Below are positions 13,561-27,300 of a stretch of 64,000 nucleotides of DNA, one piece after another. The translations under genes and the position numbers were made by a program. Source of the stretch: Auanema rhodensis (taxonomy: Eukaryota > Animalia > Nematoda); assembly GCA_964057225.1 (NCBI GenBank), contig OZ059894.1:14694001-14758000 (forward strand), in the 5' to 3' direction. How positions within the stretch are numbered: position 1 is the stretch's first letter; every line of letters starts with the position of its first letter. The notes below the pieces were generated by a model, which made no database searches, was not told the origin of the DNA, and saw only the letters and a list, made by a program, of their open reading frames with translations.

Positions 13561-14249
13561 ATATTTATGTTATATGCTATTGCATATATGTATGTTTTCT
13601 GTTGTAAAGCTTCTTATGTGTATATTGATCTAAAAAAACGTCAAATTAGAATGAAGAGACGTGGATATGCATGACATCAGTCTATCCAAGGGCTTCCTGC
13701 TCAGGGCGGCTTAACAGCCGTTGAGCACATTTGCTTTTTTTTTCTAGCATTTCGTTCTCTGTGATGTCTATTAGGGAAAGTCTCCTCGAGTTCTATTCTT
13801 AATTTTTTTCAACTTTGTTATTCGATCTTAAGAAGAACTCAGAAAAATAAAATGACGCCTCCAGATATATCACTATAGTTATCGGCTTTACAATTAAACT
13901 TCACACCTCTGAGATTTAAAGACATTGAAAGGAAGATATCAATGTGTTTATACCTCTGAGGTCATTGTTCACACTTTGCTCTTACGTAGTGAACAAAGTA
14001 CTCTTTTTAGCCAATGGCATGTCCGTTTTTTAGTAACATACGCTATCCGACCCTATATGGTCAGTTTTGCCGACAAGGGATTGTTGAGGTGCGAAACTAA
14101 CGGTGCTGATAAACCAAGAGGCCCGCTGTCACGTTTGAAAAGATAATTGCTATAATAGGCGTATCGGTTACTTGAAAGCTTGGTGAAGTATATAAGATTC
14201 TAGTAGCTACACTTTCAACGCCATTTTATTTTGCTTACTGTTCATAAAG

Positions 14250-15259
14250 ATGGTTTCGATCTCTTTCCGAATTCCTGCTGCTCATGCTATGACCATGATT
14301 CCAATGCCATCACAGACTGTCCGACGGGTGAGTATATGCTATGTTATCGTTTAAATTGTTTTGTATTTAATTCTAATCATTTTTTTGAAATTAATAAAAA
14401 ATGTTTAGCATTCTCGGTCAAACTCAGCAGCCATGGATTTCTTTTTTGGTCATAACTCATGGGTAAGTTCAACCTTTTTTCAAAATTTACTTTATATTTC
14501 TATTCAGCAATCTATTGTATTCTATGTAATTATCGCTATCTTGTCACTACTATATAACTTCGCTGTATTTTATTTAAATTTTGGTGAAGTTCATTATGCT
14601 GAAGGATTATTTAGTGAGATATTACTTTAAAATTATATTTTACTTTGAATTTTCTAGGTGAGGTTACTCTTCTACGTTTAATCTCTTGTCAATGGTGTCT
14701 TTCTTTTATCCTCGCAGGACTAGGAATCTTTTTTTTTCATGAAGTTTGCCTTCCGGTATATGTTTTTATTGCGGTTAGTTTTATAATAATTTAAATATAT
14801 ACGATATATATTTACATTTTAGATCTTAACCACTAATGGAAGTGCTGTTCTATTTGCTATCAATGCACGAAAAGTTTATGATGGCATGGTAGAAGTTGGT
14901 AAGTTCAACAAAATCTGTATTATAAGTAGTATTTGATTTAGACTCTGAATACTTCATGATTCTTTGTTTCTTGTTTGGAGCTAGTATCACTCATTGTATC
15001 ATTTATGTCTATGCCTTGCATCTCCAGGAATTAAATCACAGGTACTTGAAAAGCTCTAGAAACTCTTGAATCCTAAATGTTCGATTGCAGTGCTGATAAT
15101 GAAATCAGAAATCAACACTTTTTCTGGGATTTCTTACAGTTCAAACATTCTGAGGCTCCAAGAGCTGAATTTCCTACAAGGAATAACAAAGTAATATATT
15201 CTATTGTATAATTTCTAATTTTGAACTTTAAAAACTTATTTTGTTTTCCATAGAAATGA
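14250..15259 (+). CDS. Uncharacterised small membrane protein with about 4 TM helices
   Basis: Eight GT-AG exons join in frame: MVSISFRIPAAHAMTMIPMPSQTVRR/HSRSNSAAMDFFFGHNSW/QSIVFYVIIAILSLLYNFAVFYLNFGEVHYAEGLF/SEVTLLRLISCQWCLSFILAGLGIFFFHEVCLPVYVFIA/ILTTNGSAVLFAINARKVYDGMVEV/DSEYFMILCFLFGASITHCIIYVYALHLQELNH/SADNEIRNQHFFWDFLQFKHSEAPRAEFPTRNNK/K*. AATAAA near 15395. Confidence 0.8.
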
Positions 15260-18200
15260 CGTATTTTCTTGAAATATTTGTTTTATTATTTCTTTAGTCA
15301 TTAGTGATTTTGGTGGGATGTGCCCTCTGTGTTCGGGTATTCATAGACATATTAACTATAGATATGTATATAATTGTAATAATTTAATAAGAGTAATAAA
15401 CGCATAATGAACTTAACAGTTTCTAATTTTATTTCTATTCAATATTAGTATTTTAATATTTTTAGTTTGATTTTTTGTGAATTGGTCTCGAATATCAAAG
15501 AAAAAAAAACATTTGAATTATATGAGAGATGAATAAGAATCGACACTCATCAATCATTTGTTTGGTGGTTATAGATCTGATTTTGATGGAATAGTCTGCC
15601 TTAGATTAGGGAAGCTTTAAGTTCCTAGCCTAAGCTTCCTTATTCCTCTAATTTCCGAGGTTCATGTGAAAATATGGTTGCCGTATGATTTATCAAAGTT
15701 TCATTTAAACTAGGGATCATCAACATAAACTAATCTTTCTCAAAACATTCTTAGTCTGATTTTGTTCCAGAAATAGAATGTTTGCGAGTTTCAGTTGCGA
15801 AAGTCATGATTTATTAAAATGTTCCGGATATATTAGGCGATTGCTTAGCAACTCAGAACTTTAATGTCTATGAATAACAGTAATTAATATGATTTATCTG
15901 ACAGATGATTGTCTGCCTTTTACATTACGTCCAAAGATTCTCAGCATTTTCAAGAAAAAGCCGAATAATACTCGATTCAACCGTGCTCTCTGTTTGCAAA
16001 AACCAAAATTCATAAATAGTTATAGTGTCAGTCAAGCATTTGGGAAATGACGTGAAAAGTGAGAATGAATTATGAATTTGCAAATGCTTTGAGATTAGAA
16101 TAGTTACGTCTAGCGTGAAAAATGTGACAAAATTTTGTAATATGCCTTTATTTGATTCTATTTTGTTTAGAATGATTCACTTAGCCCGATTCTCATTTTT
16201 TTCCCTGTAACTTCACAAAACATACGAGCTATTTCAAATAATGAATGAGATGGGATGTTTTTGCTCATTTCATGGAATTTTAATGTTTTTCAAGTTTCAT
16301 GTTATTTCTACATTTAAATATTTGAATATAACTTCCTTCACTAATGTAACTAAATGTCCACGTTCTTTCGCGCAATTTCTAAAGCATGAGATTTGTCATT
16401 CAATTTGGATAGTTTAAACAAACCAATGAAATTTGGATAAGCCTGCAGTTTCGTAATTAGTTTATGTTTGACTGGGAAATTTGTATTGTTTTGTGAATAA
16501 GATATAGGAAAAGCGTTTATTATCAATCGAAAAATTGAACGTATACTATCTCACTTTATAGAATCTGGAAGATATCCCTCTCCATGGTCGTAGAGACCGA
16601 GCCTTGAAGAGGCGAGCGCGCTATAAGAAAATGCATGTTAGCCATGAAAGAAAAGCAACACTACTTATATATATATATATATTGAACGCTTATCTCACCA
16701 TTCAAGATTCGGCATATCTTTCCTGGTGAGTCTCTTTCCTTCGTCGTCTAAGTCCATTATTATTGGATTTGGGTTCTTCGACCGAAGAGTTGTCGAGAGA
16801 TCGATGCCGCCGCGCAACCGCCACGCGTCTCAGCTTCAGCCTTCTGAGGCAGAAGGCAATAAACTCCCGACGACTACAAAGCTTACATAGCATTGGCTTG
16901 TTTCTTTGATGGGATCAGAAGCTTGAGTCTACGACGACGATGTGCATACATACATAGATACATACAAACCTACATACATGTAATACATCGGTTTGCAAAT
17001 CTCACTCTCTATTTTCTTGTTCATTTGTCTTTCTTTACCTCTTCCTTTCTTTTTCTTACTCATTAACATTCTCCTGCAATCGAATATTCTGTTTCATTAT
17101 CATTGCTTGTTATTTTCAATGATTAGGCTTCTCCTTTCTAGCAACATCATTATCACTCAGCTATTGTATCCAGCCATATTCTCCTCTCATCCCAGCTGTC
17201 TAAAAGCAATAATTAAGAAAAAAAACATAATATTGGCATAAAAACGACAGCGGAATAATCCAACGAAGGAGATCTGAAAGTTGCTCAGTGTATATATCCA
17301 TCAGCTGTCATGTTCTTCACCATTTACATCTGTCAAAAGTCAACTTTCTATGTTTTTTTCCTCAATATTCCTTGTTGCCCATCCTTCTATTACTCCTTAG
17401 TTCTCTCCATTTCCTCTTTCTAATTCTCATTCTTTCTTATTCTCTCTTTCTCTCTCTTTATCTTTCTTCGTCTCTCTCTCACTCTCTCTATATATGGCGA
17501 TTCCCCTTTGCCTCGTCGTTTCTCCCTTTTTTGCCGTTTCTCGTTTTTGCAAAGTTTATGGATGGGCTGTTGTTTTTCCTTCAAACCCAAAATTCCGTTC
17601 TTCGCTTTGGATGAGTTTCAAGATTTTCATATCGAAATGGTTGTACCTTCTTTTCATTCATCCTCCGTATATCCAAATGATGCTCGGCTTAGTCATCTCC
17701 CATCTATATAGAACTCTTATTGCAATAGTATTATTGGTATCTTCAGCATGATCGGAGATTAATTAAAGGTTGCAAAACTAATAAAAGCGCAGCTACATAT
17801 GTTCATATTTAGTTTTATATTCATTTTCTTTCTGGAGTAGGTCCTTTAATGTATTTCTAGCAAGTGAATTCCTAATTCTTGTATTATCCATACTGCATCA
17901 TATTAAGCTGTTGATTGAACCGTATGCTTAGATGTATGCTTGCACATGTTCTTGTATCACTTCAAAAATGTGAGAAAAGAAAGAAGATTCTTTGGTTATT
18001 TCGTATATAATTTCTATTTTAATCTCTTCTCACTACTTATCTTATAATAATTTTTATTTTTCCTCATCTTTAAAACCTATTTCATGCTATTTTCCTGATA
18101 TATTCAGCTTCATACATCACATCAAAATAGGCATTCAAAAGGAAATTTAGTACTTCTAACTTCTAAAAAGTTGTCACAAGTGGAGAGAGCAACCTCATTG

Positions 18201-21200
18201 AAAGAATTTAAATTCTGTACTTTGTCCTTTTTCGTAATATAATCACATAATTATTTATTTTTCAAGTTATATAGCATTAAGAAAGATTTATATTTTTATA
18301 TATATTAGTGAATTTCAAATTATATTGACTTGCATATGTATTTACAGAACAGTTTATGATTTTCTTCTTATTTATAGTTATCTTTTCTCTTTATCTCCCT
18401 CTCTCTCTCTATCTTATAAGTGTTTATAGTATTCAAAGCTGAGATTTTCTATCATTCATCTGTCCATTTCTTATCGATTATATTCGGATTTTTGAAATAT
18501 ATTTTTCATGATATGAATGTCTATCTCTTTCTCTTATGCTGCCTGATTCTCGTTCCCTTGAGCCCTATGTTCATACACATACATGCATATATGTGTGCAT
18601 GTATGTATGTCCGTTACCCCCGGGGGGTAAAACGATGGACAGTCATCTTTTTTCTTTTTCTTTTCATTCATTCAATCTTTTTGGTGCTCGACAGGCCTGA
18701 TATGAAGCTCTTATGAATACAGATTCACAGTTTCTTTCAATTTTGCTAAAGTTGAATGATGCCACCGCAACCTACTATCCTCTAGTGTTAGCTAATTGTA
18801 TTCGCAATTCCGACGGCTTTGAAAACTCTGAAAATTTCAAAAAAAGTTGTAAATGTTATTCGAATTTACAGCATTTTTTCGGATTTTTCCATTTTTTTTC
18901 GTTTCTTTCTTTGTCCTTTTTTGGTATTTTTCTGTTTTTTCCTTCTTGCTGTCTTCCTTGTCAGTTTCCTGATATGGCTTAATCCCCTTCCTACGTTTGC
19001 TTCTTCACCATCTAGTTTCTGCTTCTCATCTTTCTCACGTTTTTAACACATTGTCAACTTTTTTGTCTCATTCCTCACGAAGCTAATTGTTTTTTTTAAT
19101 GCTAATATCACCGTGTTCTCAAAGTTATTTACCTAGTAAATTCCATTTATTTATTAATAATTCAGTTTCAATGACCAGCTAGAGACAAGTAAATGAAGAG
19201 AGGTATAGAGAGAGTAGGCTTTTAAAGGAGGTGTGGGGGAGGAATTCTACATGGGATTGAGCAGAGTTGTCAACCTGCTTGAAGAATATTCATTATCCAA
19301 GAACCATATTTGGCTACGAACAAAGCTCAATTTGAGGCTAACAATCCGTGCCTAAGCCAGAAAAGTAGTTCACCCCAATCCAAAGAAGTCGAATCAGGCA
19401 AATGGATTTAGAAGACCATGAAATTCGATAGCCGGCACGACGAATGCTCCACATCAACCGGACATGGCAGAATCTGCCATCATCTTGATTTTTCCATAGC
19501 TTGTATAACATTGTGATCGATTGGTGAAGCCAACACTATAGTTGATTATATCCAAATATTTTTTTGAGACGACTTCCTTTTCCGACAGCCATTTTTTACG
19601 AGAAAACTAAAAATATTCATATATGAGCTTTTATTCGTCTTGTTAAGTGCATGCATTTACATAGTATGTCGATTTACATATCTCTCTCTCTATATATCTA
19701 TGTATATGAAGCTACTTTGATTATATTCTTTCTTTTTTCCTTTTCAAAACGTTCTCTCTTTACGTTTCATTATTCTTCAAAGTTTTTTTCGAATATGACA
19801 TAGAATTCACAACACACGCACGTGTGTACGTCACTTACACGTAAACGATTTTTTAATTTTATCTTCTACATTTGAACAAGTAGAAATGTCCTTCTACTTC
19901 CAGCTATACTTCCTTTCATTTTAATCCTCTTCTCTTCATCTCTCTATCTCTTTACTCTTTTACTTTCTTACTATTTTCATCCTTCTCAGTATCTACTATC
20001 TCTTCATCTATTAAGCTGTTGTTAAAGCTTTGTGACACTATATTTACATCAATTCATCTGAATATATTTTCATGAAATTAGCTTTCGAACAAAGCTATAT
20101 TTGTCTTTTAACGTGTTCATATTTCGTTATTTGTAAATACAAAGACTTTCGCTTTGCAACTTCATTTTCAGCATTTTACTTTTTATTTACTTGCAGTCAT
20201 TAAATACATACATACGCTACTCTTGTTCCTTATAGTTTCGACGATTCGTTTTCCTTTTTGTCTAGGCTTTTCCTTATTCTAACTTATCTCCTCACCGCCG
20301 TCTCTTTCTCATTCGCAGTGTCTTCTCTCTCCCTCTCTGTTTCTCTCCTCGACTTACTCTCCTTCTCTGGATTGTTCTCTCTTCGCCCTCTCTCTCTCTC
20401 TCTTTTCCTTGTGTTCCAGCTATTCATTTCTGATGCATCGGCAATTGTGTACAGAGCTCTATTGCCGTACGGGAGCTCTTTTCAGCTTATGAGTTTTGCT
20501 TTCTATTTCTCTGACCTCTCTTTCTAATCTTTTTACTTTTTGTCTATTCAAAGTCTCACCCAAATACTGCTACAGCCTCTTAACCTCTTCCGCCTATTCA
20601 TTCTGGAGTCAATTCTGAGTTTGAAACTTTCTGCTTAACTCATGCAATTCTTTCTGATGCATCTCATTCTACTTACGTTGTTCATTCAGAAAATAATTTA
20701 CAGTTATTTCTCTTATGTTTTAATCTTTCAATGGTTACCTACATGTGTTTCGTTAAGTAAGAATTCATAATTCTACATCTACGTATGTATATTCTTTAAT
20801 CTTTTTGAATATTCTACATTACATTTCTTGTTCAGCCTAGTTTACTAAGTAGCTTTTTTCCGTTTCACATCAATCGATTCCTAATTTTCTCGGGTTTTAG
20901 GAAGTCCTTCGTTTATAATTTCATCTTTTTTTTCTCTACTTTCTCTCTTATGAGCGTTTAAAACCAGAGTGTTTTTTTTTTGAAATGAAAAATAGAAACA
21001 AGCTCATATCTCGAAGCCAAATAGACTTTAGAAGAGTTAGTGAACTGAATGTGAGAGAAGAAAGAGATGATTTTCCAAATCTGCATCTAAAGATGGGTAA
21101 CAGTTGGGAACGAAAACGAATTTCCGAATTTGTTCGTGTAGCCAGAAGTAGTATTGCAGTCTTTTGGCATGTTTCACGTTCGGATACTGAGAAAAATAAC

Positions 21201-24200
21201 ACTAATCATCAATTAACATGTATTATTCAAGTACATTTAATCAGTTGTTTCATATAAATTCTATTAATTTTATATAAACTATATATCTAATATGTCCCTT
21301 AACTATTCTATTTCTATTTTGTATTGAATACTTTTTTTTGTCTAAACGCAAATACCTGGATACTCCTATGAAATGATAAGTTAATCTTTCGGTTTTGATT
21401 TCTTCTATTTCAACAATATGATATTGAAAGATCAATAAGAATGCTAAGCTTTGATCATTATTGTAAGAAACTGATTATCATATTATATATAGAAATTCTT
21501 TCATATTTCCAATGTGCATTCGTCTGTTTTCGTATTTTTCCGACTATCCTATAAAGAATTTCCATTGTATTTCGTTTGGGACCAAAGTCATGAGGGCCTT
21601 TTCCGTTAAGCATATTGATGAGGGGTGATTGAAGCGCTTTCACGTCTTCTAGCAGCGAACTTCTTAATTCAAACGCCAGTATTTTTTGAGCAAAGTGCTT
21701 CTTAAGAAATATTGAAATAGATGAAGAAATAGACTTAGTGCGCTTCTTCATTATCTTCTTAATCATTTTCATCATTATAGGCTTGATGTCCAATTATAAG
21801 ATCGTAAAAGGCTTCATAGCCTCCTGTCATGTTGGCTTTATCGCTATACTCTTTTCCTCTGTTCAACTCTTTCCCATATTTAAAAGGAAAAAGAATAAGA
21901 AAGTAAATGAACGACTGAAACTAATGACTTTCAATTTAATGACAATGAACTATTGCTCTGAAACATCCAATTGCATCTTATTTTATTTCTTTTTTTTTAC
22001 TTTTTTCAGCTCTTAAAAAACTGCAAACGTAACTTCTTCATGCATTAACATGCATATTGGGGCTATCCCATCATTTCTCGACCAATATATCTTCTGCCTA
22101 CTTTTTCTACTTCTTCAGTTTCTTATATCCCTTTTCAGTTCCTGTTTAGTACTCTCCGATGCTCTTCAAATTTTTTTCAAAATCTTCATTCATTGTGTCT
22201 GTTTCAGTATTTTTCCCAATTCATACATTTGTTTTTTTCTTTTGAGTTTCTCAATGATTTCACTGACATTCAAGCACATCTCTTCGTTCACTTTGCTGTT
22301 TCTGTTAAGTTAACTTCAGTTTCTGTCTACTTCGCAATCTATTCTTTTACCTTATGTGCTTGGAGGGATAAGCCTAATTGCCTTCTTCATTTTTCCAACA
22401 GAAATCCAATTCTCACTTCATTTTCACCTTTTTCAAATTGTAAATTTGTAGCTTGTGAAATGCAAAATGAAAATCAATTCATTGTTCGTCGTTTTTTTGT
22501 CGCCTCTTATGCTTGTCGCTGTAGTTTAACTCAATATTTCAAAAAACAATTGAAATCAAATATTTTCTTCAAATTTCTTTAGTTCTATACAGTTATTAGC
22601 CTCTGAGAATTTTCAAAAAAAAATTTGCTCAGCAAATGTAGACAAGAATCGAATTTCGCTACTCCTTGGAATCATTTTACTTCATTCTAATCTTCTGTTG
22701 ATTTTAAATTTCTTTTTTGAAATCACAAATTTAAAAAAAAATTGTCTTTATTTTTGAAAATAAAAATATCTGATATCATTTTAAATTGAGAAAGCCATTC
22801 AATTTCTCATAATCAATACAGAAAAAAATGTGGCTGACATCCAAAACGTTTTGTTTTGTGAAATTTCACTGCTTGACGTTGACTACGGGAAAGTTCTTTA
22901 TCCTGAATTTGTTATTATCTTCATTTTACTTCATTAATAAACTGAAATCAATGCCAAATACTTCTCTTAACTCAATGTAACTTGTATTTCCATATGAGAA
23001 TTTTTATTCTATAAATTCCAGCTTTGTACCACTTTGACGTTTTCATTTTCTTTTATTCCAAAGATTTATGAGTTTTGAACTACTAAAAAGGAAGATGGCA
23101 AGACAAATTATAAGATTCTATTAGAATATCCATGTTTTATGGAAATTACTAGAATTTTAATGAATATCGTTATTCATGGAAACATGACTAAAACGGAACA
23201 AATTGAAAAAAAAATGTTTCAAAGTTTCACTACTAATCCAGTACTCAGGTGCTAGAAGTTCAAACTTTCTTATATTTTTACAAAATTAATATAGATTTTT
23301 GAATAAAAGATTGAAAATCAAAGAAATTAAAGATACAACGTTTATCAGAGGTTAGAAAAGGAGATACATAGATGTTTAGAGAAATATTTTTGATGTTGTT
23401 TTTATAATTACGTTTTACAAAATAAAATTATTATTCTTAAAAGAAAACAAAAAAATAGAAGAACAGTATGATTAATTCTACTTTTCTTGACTTTTGTCTT
23501 CTTCTCTCATCCATCTTTTTTTTTTGTCATGAATCTTAACATTATTCAATCTTCATTTTTTTTGCCTATCTATCAACAGTCTTCCTGAAATCGAACGAAC
23601 AAAAATTGAAAAATATAAAACAAAAGTACTAAAACTTAAAACTGTCCCTCGTGTATTAGTGACAAAGAGAAAATTTACAATATATTTTCATCTTATTCTC
23701 CTCCTTTTTCATGAAAAAAGGAAAGTGCCTCCGCCTCTTTTCTGCTTTCAGCAATGTTTGGGGTGGGGGGTAGGGTATGAAACTCTCGTGGAAGAAGAAA
23801 CTCAACGCACATTGGTCGTCAGATTTTATAATTGTCTTCCGTTTTTTCTTCTAAATTCTGAAGAAAATTCTGCTCCCTTGAGCAGTTTAACTAGAAGCAA
23901 ATACCTAAGGAGACGTAGTTGCAAGCCCTGATTCCATACACAATGCTCGAGCTATTTCAGAAGAAAGAGAGGCCGAGTATGTGGAGGTTTAGAAAAAGAG
24001 TTCTCTCTTTTCTTTCAATTTTGAAGTTTTCAATGCTCTATTCAAAAGCTTTTTAATCACGTCGTTGAGTTCAATACAATCCTTCCTTATATCTTTCTCT
24101 TATAATTGTATATTTTGGTGCAGAACGACGTTTTTCATACTTTCCCGCCATTATAAGTTTAAGAGTTTGCTCCTATTTACTTTCAAGTTTCAATTTTTTT

Positions 24201-24302
24201 TCAAGCGTGAACAAATGATTTAGTACTTTATGATGTTTTATTTCTTTTTCTCACGTGATAATTATTTGAAATTGATTCCAATTCCTTTTTTTTCAGTTAA
24301 TA

Positions 24303-27300
24303 ATGGCAGACGATATACCTGACTCCCTTGAGGCTATCAACCTCAAAATGAATGCAACGACGGATGATGTATGTTAAAATATTTATTTTTATTTTTTTAA
24401 AAATGAAAAAAATTTTGTTTTTACGATGAGAAAATCAGAAAAAAATGCGATAAACTTGTAAATAATTCACTGATTTTGTTGTATGTTTCTGGTAAAGATT
24501 TCTAAAAAAGAACAATACAATGAATGTAATCTTAAAATTTAATTTGATAACAGGTGATATTTTTAAAAAATATTCAGAATAGAAGTTTAAAAGGTCTGCT
24601 TAGTAGTCTAAAAAGATACATTCAAATGAACGAAGCAGCATTAAAACTCATTTTTAAAACTTTTTTTGAATTCCATCTTTCTCGATTTTTATTTTATTTG
24701 AATATATGAAATTAAATTAATAAATAAAAGTTATTATAAAATTAAAATTATGTTTTTGTATTAATGAAAAATTAATTTTAATCAAATATGTTGAAGAAAC
24801 AATTAAAAGATTAGACTCTCTAAACAAAAAATAAAAGATTCTCTAAACAAAATCAGATATTTGCGCACTTTTACTAAGACTTTTTGTTTCAAATTGTTTA
24901 TAAAAATGAAACTTTTTTCTTAGTATTTTCAATAACTATGTGAATATTTAATAATTTGTATTGTAAAATATCGAAAAATGCTTAATTTATCTCTCTGACG
25001 TAACAAATGAATACGCGTACCATGATGTTAGAGAGTGGTAGAAGCTTGGTCGGGTCTAATGTCCTCAGGGAATAGGCATATATTCAAAATGCTTTATTAA
25101 ACTCATTGATTTTGCACTTGCTTTAGCTTTCTACATATGTAAGATCATCATTGCCCATCTTCAACATTTTCTTTTCTTGAATTTTGTCGAAATATTCTAC
25201 TTTTATCGTATTTTTTCATCTTTGTGCAAATATTCAGATGTATTACTTAAAATCGTTTTACATCAAACAATTTTTTAATTTTCGTTCTTTTTTTCTATTT
25301 TTCTTGAAGAAATCAAATTTGAAATAAAGAAATTAATACAAAAATTGTTTTTTTTTCATCATATAAGTAGGACATTTCGATTGTTTTATTGTTAAAGTTC
25401 ATGAAGAATCAAATGGAAATATGGTGAGACTCTACTTGAAAATTTATTGAGTTTTCCATCATTTCTTAGTTCTTCTCTCTTCTTCTATACCATTCTTTCA
25501 TTCTTTTTTCAAAAAGTTTTTCATCAATATTAATAATAATGGCATTTTTGAAAAAAAATTTCAAAAAGAAAAAAAATTCCTCTTTGAAGTTGGCCAAATA
25601 GATCAATTTTATTGTTTTAAAAAGCAAAAACATCATGAAAAAGATAAAATTAAAACGAAATATACTACAAACTGCCAAACTCATTTTCAATGTGCTTTGA
25701 ATGAGCTGTCTCATGTATTTCTGCTACTGATGTTAGTCGGTAATTAGCAAAAAGCCAGTGGGAAAAGAAATGTGAGATAGGATGATAGAGAGAAATACTG
25801 GTAGCAAAGACAACAAAACACTAAGCAACTCGGTCTATTCCAAGTATATGCTAGCTTCACTTATGCTCATTTTCGATTCGTCTTTGCTTCATCTTTTAAC
25901 TTAATCATAGTACATGTTGGACAATTCACCAAATATGGCTTTTCTACAACATTTTCTCATCTCCAAACTCTAATGCGGTAGAGATCTGAAGCATGAGAAA
26001 ACCGCAAACTTTTGGCTCTAGCGCATCGAGATAAAGCAACTTTTGCTGAAGTCCCTCATTTGATTTGGCTATCCAAGAACTGACAATTTCAACATTTTGC
26101 AGCTTCTTGGAGTACTGAAGCAAGAAGTGATTTGATATAGTTTAATATAATATTTTATTTGGCAATGTTCCAAACTATGGTAAATTACTCGCAACTACAT
26201 TTTTATTTTTATCGACTTTTTTTGTTTACGTATTGCTTTCCTTATTTTTTATATTTTTATATATAAATATATTTATATCTATATCTATATATGTATATGT
26301 AGATATATACGTCTTTCTTTCTTTTTTCTCTCATCTGAGAGCATTAAGGCCTACTTGCTGCTAAAAGAAAAATGATGTAAAAAACATCAAAAAAAGTTTC
26401 TTGAAATTATTTTTATCAACAATTTTCTTCTTTTTTTTTATATTTAAAAAACAAAATCACTAACTATACAGTTTGTTATTATATTCTTGAAATCTTTACT
26501 AGTTATCCGTCCGTTTTCCATATGTCTGCTTTGAAATTCTGGCTTATACACTCAAACAGAACCCGTATGTTATCGATCAACAATACTTATTGAATACAAA
26601 TTTAATCAAATAACTTGTCATTTAAGCTTATATTCCTTCTTTCACCTTGTTGACCATAAAGGAATGTAGTTTCATATCCTTATATCGCCTTAACCCGAGA
26701 AACTAAATATAATCGAAGGAAATGTTGCACTTGAGAGAGCGAGAGAGAGTAACAGCATCGTTGATATAGGAAGCTCAGTATTTCAAAGCAGTATCCAATG
26801 TTGTTGTTATTTGGCTTCAGTTTCATTCAGCATCTTTGCTTCCTTACTGCCATGCTTTTCTAAGCATTTTTGAAACATTACCAACAAAAAGAAATGTTTT
26901 TTTTTTCATATTCCTTAAATATTCATTGTTTTAACATTTAGGAAATCAACTAAAACAATGCTTTAGTTCCTTCGCTTCTATGACCATAGTTGCTATTTGC
27001 TATACCTCATGCTCACTATTCATTATTCACTCTTTGTTTCACCAGCTTCCCCCTCCCTTTCTCCCTCTTTCTCTTTCAAGCCTTTTTTGGGAGAGAAATA
27101 TGGCTGACAATCTGTTGACGTCGTTTGTGAAGGAGGTATTTCGGTTACTAGCTAGATGATTTGTCATCGTCAATTCCCAAACAGCCTGTAATCATTAAAA
27201 TATATGAGTCAATTGTGTGTGAGCGAAGGAGAAGAATAGAAGAGTGAAGATATAGCTTGAGACGGGATTGTAAAGAAGAGAGACAGGCTGTGAAAAAGTG

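Noticed and set aside
15601-15640. Short imperfect hairpin considered as a pre-miRNA
   Set aside because: Stem too short and irregular; no recognisable miRNA sequence.
19160-19500. GC-richer block considered as a coding exon or RNA gene
   Set aside because: Stops in all plus-strand frames examined and no tRNA, snRNA or SL RNA signature; more likely regulatory.
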